45,813 bases of DNA from an uncultured Clostridia bacterium (GTDB lineage: Bacteria; Bacillota; Clostridia; Acetivibrionales; CALMWN01): assembly GCA_937873555.1 (NCBI GenBank), contig CALMWN010000410.1, forward strand, positions 1-45,813, written 5' to 3'. Below the pieces are notes generated by a model. That model was given only the letters and a program-made list of their open reading frames with translations, ran no database searches and was not told the DNA's origin. Every line of letters starts with the position of its first letter. Positions within the stretch are counted from its first letter, which is position 1. Positions 19,308 through 28,135 of this stretch are shown here, piece after piece. A program made the position numbers and the translations under genes.

Positions 19308-19447
19308 CGCGAAAGCCTCTTGACAATGAGTAGGATGGCATGTTAGGCTCCCAAGCCAGGCATCAGCCATGCTACGAAGGATTTCTTACCTGTTCGGAAT
19401 GGGTGGTGCCGGTAGATGCCTGGTGACATGCCATCAGAGGCTCATTG
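19308..19447. repeat. about 140-bp imperfect palindrome (nested inverted repeats)
   Basis: Outer arms are CCTCTTGACAATGAG..ATGGCATGT (19308-19335) vs its complement at 19418-19447. Inner arms are CCAGGCATC (19348-19356) and GATGCCTGG (19407-19415). Appears GC-richer than its surroundings. Confidence 0.6.
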
Positions 19448-20037
19448 TCAAGAGGACCGTGGAATAAATGCGGTAAGAATGGGATCATACTCCGCCCAAA
19501 ACTGATCCCGTTTTTCCGCCCGATATTTTTAATATATTTTCGATACTTTTTGACCTGCTCAAATTTCTCCGCCTTTATTGCACTTTTTTTATTGACAACA
19601 ACAGAGTAGCCGATTCTGTGGACTAGATCATATAAACTGCCTGCTGCATAGTTGACACCAAACTTTCTATTAATCCATATTTTCAAGACCGACATGGTCC
19701 AGTTACTTTTGTTGAAGCCGTGTTCTCTGGGAGACTCCAAAAGTACCTGGTATACTTGAGCAAGTTGCTCATCCGTTAGTCGGCATAAAGGCCCCTTAGG
19801 TTTTTGAGGTATCAATCCATCAAGACCCAATGGATTATATCGGTTAAGCCACTCTCTTACTGTGGAATCTGATGTATTTAATAGCTCAGCTACTTTGAGG
19901 CTGGTGTAGCCTTCCATGAACTTGAGCATAGCGAGGTACCGGATTTTAAGGTCTGCATCGCTTGTCTCTCGGTAAAGTTTCTGGATTTGCTCATAGGTTG
20001 CATGCTTCATTTTTATTTCGACTTTTCTTCTGCTCAT
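19372..20037 (-). pseudogene. IS630-family transposase, N-terminal HTH part only
   Basis: The pattern LKFMEGYTSLKVAELLNTSDSTVREWLNRYN...LTDEQLAQV...NWTMSVLKIWI is typical of IS630 N-termini. The DDE domain is absent and the ORF tail looks out of frame. Confidence 0.6.
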
Positions 20038-20146
20038 AATATCAGTTTCTCCTTTATGGGGCGCTGATATTATGATAATATAGTTGAAAGTCTAGAACAT
20101 TGGCAATCACAGGCAATAAGCGGATAACCGGCTTAAATTATATAGC

Positions 20147-20175
20147 TTGAACGAATGTGAATGGTATGGTAAAAT
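20147..20175 (+). promoter_or_regulatory. candidate sigma-A promoter of metG
   Basis: TTGAAC, 17-nt spacer, TGG-TAAAAT (extended -10). The leader is only about 90 nt. Confidence 0.4.
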
Positions 20176-20271
20176 GCTGTTAGTAGAAATTTACAAAGTC
20201 AAGTAGGTATAATGTAATAAAAGTGGTTTAGATTAAGTATACAGTTTAAATACATGGAGGCTTTAAGTAGT

Positions 20272-21840
20272 ATGAACAATGAAAAGTATTACATTACAAC
20301 TGCAATCGCATATGCCTCACGTAAACCTCATATTGGAAATACCTATGAGGTTGTGTTAGCTGATGCTATTGCACGGTTCAATCGTCTTATTGGTTATGAT
20401 GTCTTTTTTTTGACTGGAACTGACGAGCATGGTCAAAAAATACAAAAGCAGGCAGAAATACAAGGTATTTCACCGCAAGAGCACGTGGATATAATTACTG
20501 ATGAGATACGCAGAATTTGGGACCTTATGAATATAAGTTATGACAAATTTATTAGGACTACCGACATCTATCACAAAGAAACAGTACAAAAAATTTTTAA
20601 AAAACTCTATGAGCAAGGCGATATATATCAATCTTCATATGAGGGTTGGTATTGTATACCTTGCGAATCCTTTTTTACAGATACTCAGATTACCAATAAT
20701 AAATGCCCAGATTGCGGGGGTATTGTTGAGAAATCCAGCGAAGAGGCCTATTTTTTTAAAATAGGTAAATACGCTAATCGACTTGAGAAATACATCGAAC
20801 GAAACCCCAATTTTATACAACCAGAGTCTCGTAAAAATGAAATAATTAGAAACTTTATACAAGTAGGACTACAGGATTTATGCGTATCTCGCACCTCCTT
20901 TTCATGGGGTATTCCAGTGAGTTTTGATAGCAAGCATATAATATATGTTTGGATTGATGCTTTGTCTAATTATATTACTGCGCTCGATTACAACCCCGAT
21001 GGTGAAAGTGGAGACCTCTTTAATAAATATTGGCCAGCAAATGTACATTTAATTGGTAAGGATATTCTACGTTTTCATACTATTTACTGGCCTATAATGC
21101 TTATGGCTCTTAATATTGAATTACCCAAGCAGATATTTGGTCATCCATGGCTCCTATATGGTACTGAAAAGATGTCTAAGTCTAAATGTAACGTAATATA
21201 TGCAGAGGATTTGGTCAGACACTTCGGTGTTGATGCTGTTCGTTATTACTTGTTGCATGAGATGCCCTTTGCACAGGATGGAACAATAACATATGAACTT
21301 TTAATAAGCCGAATTAATTCAGATCTTGCCAACATCCTTGGTAATCTTGTGAATCGTTCTATCGCAATGGTAGAAAAATATTTTTGTGGTATAATTCCTT
21401 TTTGTGGGGCTCTAGAAAGTATTGATAAGGAACTTATTGAATTTGCTCTTTCAGTTCCTTCAAAAGTTGAGAAGCAAATGGAACATCTACATGTATCTGA
21501 TGCACTTGATGAAATATGGTCACTGCTTAGACGAACTAATAAATATATCGATGAAACCGCACCTTGGCTACTTGGCAAAGAAGAAAACAAAAAGGAACGT
21601 CTGGGTACAGTACTTTACAATTTGCTTGAATGTATACGATTTGCCTCAGTATTAATTTTACCATTTTTACCCGAAACGGCTCAAAATATTCAGACACAAA
21701 TAAATGCCAAAAATATTACATGGGAATCACTTTCGAATTTTGTTGGCACTATTTCTGGCAAAGAAGTTAACAGGGAAAAACCTCTATTTAATCGCATTGA
21801 CGAAAAGGAAAAGATAATAGAAATTGAACTGAACCAATAA
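20272..21840 (+). CDS. metG: methionine--tRNA ligase, short form without C-terminal tRNA-binding domain
   Basis: KYYITTAIAYASRKPHIGN (HIGH-type), a CIPC...CPDCGG zinc knuckle, KMSKS and an anticodon-binding helical C-terminus. Start set at the second ATG (the ORF track starts at 20254). Confidence 0.9.
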   Translation: MNNEKYYITTAIAYASRKPHIGNTYEVVLADAIARFNRLIGYDVFFLTGTDEHGQKIQKQAEIQGISPQEHVDIITDEIRRIWDLMNISYDKFIRTTDIYHKETVQKIFKKLYEQGDIYQSSYEGWYCIPCESFFTDTQITNNKCPDCGGIVEKSSEEAYFFKIGKYANRLEKYIERNPNFIQPESRKNEIIRNFIQVGLQDLCVSRTSFSWGIPVSFDSKHIIYVWIDALSNYITALDYNPDGESGDLFNKYWPANVHLIGKDILRFHTIYWPIMLMALNIELPKQIFGHPWLLYGTEKMSKSKCNVIYAEDLVRHFGVDAVRYYLLHEMPFAQDGTITYELLISRINSDLANILGNLVNRSIAMVEKYFCGIIPFCGALESIDKELIEFALSVPSKVEKQMEHLHVSDALDEIWSLLRRTNKYIDETAPWLLGKEENKKERLGTVLYNLLECIRFASVLILPFLPETAQNIQTQINAKNITWESLSNFVGTISGKEVNREKPLFNRIDEKEKIIEIELNQ

Positions 21841-21865
21841 AACAGACATAGGAATAAAGGCTTCA

Positions 21866-22473
21866 AAATACATATGTCCGAAGGGATCATCCATGATACG
21901 GATAAAATATCTACCTTCTTGACAGTCCCCGATAGCACCTATCTCATTGATCGAGGATATCTGGACTGCAAAGAATACGACCGTTGCACCAAGGAAGGAT
22001 AAAGAAGTTATCCTCGGAGGCTTTTATATGCGGATGCAGCATTCACTTAGAGCAGTTGAGGTAATTGATTCTCTACAGGTGAACCCTTTTTCATTCTCAC
22101 GAACTGTTTTGATCTTAGTCCGGAAGAGATTGCAGATATTTATCTATTAAGGTGGCAGATCGAACTATTCTTCAAATGGATTAAACAGCACCTTAAGATC
22201 AAGAGGTTCTATGGGACCAGCTACAACTCTGTGTTGAACCAGCTTTATGCGGCACTCATATTGTTTTTGCTGCTAAAACTCATGCACATTCTTGTTGGTA
22301 CCCAGTATGATTTTCTAAAGCTGACAAGATTAATTGCACGAGGGCTTTGAAATACAATCGATTATCTTAAAAACTCTATATCTGTAGTAAAGCCCCCGGG
22401 GATAAAACCTAGGCGATTCAACTGGAAAATGGAGTATGCATCATTGTTAGCTCAGTGTCTGGTCAGTAAATGA
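21866..22473 (+). pseudogene. IS4-family transposase C-terminal remnant with internal stops
   Basis: LIDRGYLD and LRWQIELFFKWIKQHLKIKRFYGTS signatures, broken by stops and frameshifts. Confidence 0.6.
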
Positions 22474-22619
22474 TATTAAATTTTCAAATTTCATTGTGTT
22501 AGGTTTATATAGTTATTGCCTTTTTACTAACACTTCCCATATTTTTCTTATTGGAGCAGGTTATACTACATATTTCGGCTTAATCCGGGGCTCTTCCGCA
22601 TATTCGAGTATGGCAAAAA

Positions 22620-24255
22620 CTAACATAATACCTTGGCTCTCAATAGTGGAAGCCCCGCTCTTCCATACATCATTCTTTTAATCATTTTCAGTCTATTGTT
22701 TCCACCTTCTAAGAAGCCATTACTCAATTGACTTGAAACAGCATTTTCAACTGCTTCAATATCTTTTAATAATCCACTTACAAAAGTTCTTATGTTTCCG
22801 ATCACGGATTTCTGATACTTTTCAATAAATAGATAAAGATAAACGAGACTCTTTGTGATAAATATTTCTCTAAACTCCCTAATACATGCGTGCATATGAT
22901 GCAATACCGGATACTTCTTAAAAATGATCTCCTTGTCAGGGCTAGCTATTTCTCTATTCAACCACAGGAAATCAAAGATATCTTTTCTATTTATAAAATA
23001 GGCATGAAGCTTTGTCCGATTGATTGGTGCTCCTACAGTATTTTTACTTGTATGATATTCTATATCATTTTCTTCTATTAATCTTTTGCAATAATCATAA
23101 AAATTAGTTGTTTTCCCTTCATAGCCCTGACTAGTAATAATGGATAATATATCTTTCAATATAACTCCATCAGATAGTTTTGTAATAATGAGATTCCTGT
23201 AGGCATCAAGCTTAGACTCTCTCTTTTTTCCCGTTGAAATATTCCTGCATAGAACATCAGGATCCCCTGTTTTGTACTTGCGAATTGTCCTATAAGTATG
23301 TCCTGTAAGCTTTCTGACGTAGGAAGGTTGATACCCCTGATTTAAGAGTTCTTGTATCCGAATAATATCTTCCTTACGCTGTTTTTCACTATCTGTCAGC
23401 TCGTTTTTTTTTATTTTGTTCTATCAATAACCGAGGTTCTATTTCATTGTTTGAAGATTCATCTGGAATCATAATTTTGTTTGGGATCTCTCTTGATAAA
23501 GTATCCTTTATCACTTTCAACAAATTTTGGTGCAGGTGAAACCGATCTGCTATCTGCATGGCATCAGGTAACACTTCCGATATGGCTTTTGCATATGCAC
23601 TCGCTCTGTCGCGTGTAATCATTTTTATATGTTTATTATTCTGCAACCATTTCTTTAACTCACTACCATCACGTCCATCTAGTATTGCAACTGGCTTATG
23701 AGTTCTTCCATCGCAGATTAAGGTTCCGTATTTCTGCCCTTTCTTGTAAGCCCAATCATCAACACCGATAATTTCACTACAAGAAACATCCTGTTTTTCT
23801 GCATATTTAATAAATAATCGGATTATTGTATCGCCACTTACATCAATACCCATGTATTTGCAGATTCGTGAACAACCTTCACAGCTAGTGTTCAAAGCAA
23901 TTGTCAAAATGAGATCTTCTAACCGTTCTGTCTTTCTTCTATACCACCCCGCAAAACCATCTAATTCTTCTGCAAATACTTTCTGATCGCAGTCTGGGTT
24001 ATTACAATCGTACTTATATGCAGTAACTAAAAGAAGAACGGATTTGCCTAGAATCGGCAAATCAACTATCTTTCGCTTATATGTGCTGTGATATTGATTA
24101 GATTCACACCCACAGCTAGGACACTTTTGACTCTTTGTTCTTGACTTTAATTGCACTATTATTCTATCAGGTGTTTCATGTTTATTTGTTATTTCTATAT
24201 CTCCAGGGTAAAATTTCTGCAGATCCAATAAATGTGACAAAATGACCTCCACCAT
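22620..24255 (-). pseudogene. ISL3-family transposase, frameshifted
   Basis: The N-terminal piece (23389..24255) has the zf-ISL3 pattern CPSCGC...DLPILG and the GVDDWAYKKGQKYGT DDE region. The middle (about 23160-23388) and C-terminal (22620..23159) parts lie in other frames. One break coincides with a T9 run at about 23404-23412. Confidence 0.75.
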
Positions 24256-24339
24256 ACCAGTTTTCTGATAGTATAGGTCATCATAGCTTTTGTAGTGTAC
24301 TCAAAATGGCACCTCCCGCAAATGGCTTGTCAGCAACAC

Positions 24340-24507
24340 CTATTGCGATTTCCTTTTATCTAGAGGTTTCATAGAACCTTTAGGTATAGCCCAAGCTTTG
24401 CCAAGGCGTTGAATGCCATCAATACGTCCCTGCTTACATAGGACCTGTACCCGGCGTTCAGAAATTTCCCATTTTTGGGCAGCTTCTTTAAATGTGATGT
24501 AATCCAT
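24340..24507 (-). CDS. small helix-turn-helix DNA-binding protein (excisionase/MerR-like HTH)
   Basis: MDYITFKEAAQKWEISERRVQVLCKQGRIDG... GGGAG lies 6 nt upstream of the ATG at 24507. Confidence 0.6.
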   Translation of the reverse strand: MDYITFKEAAQKWEISERRVQVLCKQGRIDGIQRLGKAWAIPKGSMKPLDKRKSQ

Positions 24508-25007
24508 ATCATGCTCCCTGGTTAAAATTAACAAGACAACATGTTAAGTATATACGGAATTCCGAATAAAAGCAAGATATTAGGCCTAGAACCACCGTAA
24601 TATGCTCATGAAGCAACTAAAAGAACAGTATATATGAATAAATAAATCGTTTGTTTTATTGTCGGATAGATCAAGTTGCTTTTTGCATGAAAGGAGGAAT
24701 TCAAGTATCAAAAGTAATCGACCTTGACAATCAAAAAGGTGATATGTGATAAATGATCACAGCGGTAGATCAAAGAATCGGTCTTGCATTAAGGATAAAA
24801 AGTTACTGTGAGTGATTAACTGATGGTCATGCAGGACAATAAACAGCAGCAAAAAAAGAGAACCTTCACTGTGATTACAGATCTGGACATTGTATAGACC
24901 TTTTGTTTTTAAGTAAAATATATAAATTGATTTAAAAATTAACTATCATAAACATATAAAACTAGCAATGATTGGCAATAATTTTTATAAAAACATTTGG
25001 TGAGCTT

Positions 25008-25860
25008 ATGTGTAATGAAGAAAGTTACTTAAAAGAAGGTTCTTGTTTCTCCCGCAGTAAACTGTATAACATAGAACCTATAGGATTAAATACAGCGTAT
25101 ACGGAGAGCCTGACAAGTTATATTACTAGGATTTCAAAAGCTCATTCTGTATATGTCGGAACATTAATAAAATTAGAGCTGGCACCAATACTTGATAAGT
25201 ATTATATTTTGAACAGCTCATTCAACGGAGGAAATAGTTTCTACAGTTACACACATATATTAAATGGTAATGGCAAAAATGCGGATGATTTTGCTAATGC
25301 GCTTTCTGAAATGGTATGTAGAAAAGACATTCTTTTCACAACAATGCTCTCTTACCGGAATGTGATTCCTTATCAAGGTTTATCAAAAAATACAGCTTCA
25401 TGGTGTCCGTTTTGCCTTGAAGAATGGAGAATTGCAAATAAACCGATATATATGCCTTTGGCTTGGACTTTGAAAGTAAGTAACATCTGCAATATACATA
25501 ATACAAGGCTGGTGAGCAGATGTCCTATATGTAATAGCAAGATTCCATTTCTGCACAGAAAAATTTGTAATGGTTACTGTCCAAGGTGTAGAGCATGGTT
25601 GGGCAGAGGATACGATCAAAATGTAAGTCAGTTAATAAAAACAGACGACTGGGAGAAATGGGTGAATTGTAATATTGGTGAGTTAATTTCCATGGCTCCA
25701 GTTATAAGCATTCTTCCTTCCAGAGAAATATTGGAGGAGAATCTAAAACATATAATTAATACATCTAACAATATAACTCGTTTAAGTAAATTGACGGAGA
25801 TTCCAAAGTCAACAGTTTGGTATTGGGCAAATGGTAAGACTATTCCACGCTTGGATAAAT
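25008..25860 (+). pseudogene. tniQ: TniQ-family target selector (paralog 1), 5' part, interrupted by IS66
   Basis: The pattern SRSKLYNIEPIGLNTAYTESLTSYITRISKAH plus WCPFC...RCPICN...YCPRCRAWLG is shared with the TniQ at 31934. Confidence 0.75.
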
Positions 25861-27578
25861 GTTACTGCTCAGCCATTGACAAAATTGACGTACTAAGCAG
25901 ATGGTAATATTTTATCAATGAAAAGTCCCCAATTCAACCAATATAATAGTATCAAAGGTTGAATGGCGGTGAATATAGTGGATGAGTCATTAATAATAAA
26001 AACCTACAATGAAGGTATAAATTCAGTTATAACTCTTGTTAAAGAATCAATGGCGGGGCTAAATAAAGAGATATTTGATTTGAAGCTTGAAAACCAGAAA
26101 CTAAACGAAAGAATTACAGAGCTTGAAGCCCGCCTTAACAAAAATAGCAGCAACAGCAGCAAGCCTCCCTCATCAGACGGATACAAAAAGCCTCAAAACA
26201 GCCGGCAGAAGACAGGGAAGCCTACCGGTGGCCAGTGGGGCCACGAGGGAAAAACACTGGAAAAAGTGCAAAATCCTGATGAAGTGATTGAGTATAAAAC
26301 CCCGGGAGACTGTGATTGTGGTTGTGAATTGAATAACGTCAAGTGTACAAAGAAAACCCGGCAGGTATTTGATATCCCAAAACCCAAGATACGGGTAACA
26401 GAGCATGTTACCTACGAGGTAGTGTGCCCAAAATGCGGGAAGGTGCACAAAACAGATTTTCCGCCACAGGTTAGCCAACCTACACAGTATGGTGCAAATA
26501 TGCAGGCATTGATGAATTACCTCACACTATACCAGTTGATCCCCCTTGAAAGAGCTGCTGACACAATAAAGAATTTCACTGGACAGACGGTAAGTGAGGG
26601 GACCTTGGTAAATGCGGCATACGGGCTGTATAACAAGCTGGAAAACCCGGTAGAGGAAATTAAGCAACAGATCACCGATTCCGATGTAGCTCATTTTGAT
26701 GAGACGGGAATGAGAGCCCAAGGGCAAACCAAATGGTTGCATGTAGCTTCCACGGAGAACCTGACCTATTATGCCGTGCATGACAAACGTGGAGAAAAGG
26801 CTGCCAAAGACATCGGCATTCTGCCGCACTTTACGGGCACAGCCGTACATGACCACTGGAAGCCCTACTACCGCTTCATTGGATGCACCCATGGAGAATG
26901 CAATTCCCATCATCTGCGTTCCCTGAAGGATGTAGTTGAAAACTACCATCAGGAATGGGCAGATAAAATGGCGGACCTGTTGATTGAAATCTATCGCAGA
27001 GTAGAGGGCTTAAAGGAACAGGGTTTTACCAAAATGCCTGAGGAAGAAACAAAAATATGGTATGGCCGGTACCATAAAATTCTAACCGAAGGTATTACGG
27101 AAGATTCCATGAAAAGCCCGCAAGTACTGAATAAAAAGGGCAAACTGAAGAAAAGCAAGCCATTGCAGTTACTGCTAAAGCTTCAGCAGTTTGATATTGA
27201 AACCTTGGCCTTCATGTATGATTTTGACGTGCCCTTCCATAACAACTTGGCCGAACGGGACTTGAGGATGCAGAAGCTCCGGCAGAAGATATCAGGATGT
27301 TTCCGCGGAAAGGATGGGGCCAACGTATTTAGCCGGGTAAGAAGCTATTTATCCACGGCAAAGAAAAATGGAATTGATGCGATGGAGGCCATTGTATTGG
27401 CAGTAAAAGGGCAGCCATTTGTCCCTGTAAGGTAGGCGTATTCAGTTTTACACACTCAGGGGATGCCGGAATGGTATCCCTTGTTTTTCGACCCGATCTG
27501 GTCGGTGACATCACGCGCATAGGTGATGGTCTAATCCTACCATGAAACCGGGTCTGTTTGGAATGCCTGAGCAGTTAC
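25861..27578 (+). mobile_element. IS66-family insertion sequence (single-ORF type)
   Basis: Terminal inverted repeats are GTTACTGCTCAGCCATTG at the left and, as reverse complement, GTAACTGCTCAGGCATTC at the right. A perfect 8-bp target duplication GGATAAAT sits at 25853-25860 and 27579-27586. Confidence 0.9.
25963..27435 (+). CDS. IS66-family transposase
   Basis: 490 aa. Leucine-zipper N-terminus ending NSSNSSKPPSSDGYKKP, a CPKCG zinc finger and an HFDETG DDE region. Confidence 0.9.
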   Translation: MAVNIVDESLIIKTYNEGINSVITLVKESMAGLNKEIFDLKLENQKLNERITELEARLNKNSSNSSKPPSSDGYKKPQNSRQKTGKPTGGQWGHEGKTLEKVQNPDEVIEYKTPGDCDCGCELNNVKCTKKTRQVFDIPKPKIRVTEHVTYEVVCPKCGKVHKTDFPPQVSQPTQYGANMQALMNYLTLYQLIPLERAADTIKNFTGQTVSEGTLVNAAYGLYNKLENPVEEIKQQITDSDVAHFDETGMRAQGQTKWLHVASTENLTYYAVHDKRGEKAAKDIGILPHFTGTAVHDHWKPYYRFIGCTHGECNSHHLRSLKDVVENYHQEWADKMADLLIEIYRRVEGLKEQGFTKMPEEETKIWYGRYHKILTEGITEDSMKSPQVLNKKGKLKKSKPLQLLLKLQQFDIETLAFMYDFDVPFHNNLAERDLRMQKLRQKISGCFRGKDGANVFSRVRSYLSTAKKNGIDAMEAIVLAVKGQPFVPVR

Positions 27579-27586
27579 GGATAAAT

Positions 27587-28077
27587 TATTGCTTTTAGGA
27601 TATGTTTTTGGATTCAGGTTGCCAGATGTTTTTTTAAAAACTGATAATTTAACTAGGGAAAACGATATAAATGTTGTTAAGATTAATTCTGACATTTCGG
27701 GAACAAAACAAAAAAGAAAAAAGCTTGATTTTGAGAATATGAAAATAAGTTTGGAAACATATTTGAATGCTGAACATCCTTTACCAATGATAGAAGTCGC
27801 AGAAAAAATAGGCGTTAATAAGAGGATTATACTAAGATACTTTCCTGATTTATGCAAACAGATTTCAAAAAGATATAAGGAGCATTTAAGCAATAAAAGT
27901 AATCAAAGGAAAGTACATCTTTGCCACATCATTGAAGATGTCATTGAACGTTTGATAAAAGATAATGAGTACCCCAGTAGAAGGAAAATTGAATTAAATT
28001 TACCGGATGGGATAATACTAAAAGATAGTAGGTTTAAATCAATATGGAAATCAAAGCTGGAAGAGTATGGGCTATAA
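27587..28077 (+). pseudogene. tniQ: TniQ paralog 1, 3' part
   Basis: In frame with 25008..25860 once the IS and one duplication copy are removed (853+491 nt = 448 codons). The C-terminal HTH-like segment EVAEKIGVNKRIILRYFPDLCKQISKRY parallels AVAKRLGISVRTIQKRLPDLSRQISKKR of TniQ paralog 2. Confidence 0.75.
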
Positions 28078-28135
28078 AGAATTTTTATCAAAAAGTATTT
28101 GCTTATAAAGTAGGTATGGAAGGTGTCTATTTATT

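Noticed and set aside
20040-20271. T-box riboswitch upstream of metG
   Set aside because: The interval from the likely promoter to the start codon is about 90 nt. It contains no T-box consensus-like sequence or terminator/antiterminator pair that I could see.
24743-24760. TGTGAT-aaatg-ATCACA palindrome as a CRP/cre-like operator or transposon end
   Set aside because: It is a single short palindrome, and its spacing does not fit CRP or cre consensus sequences. It has no repeat partner related to the 33481 repeats.
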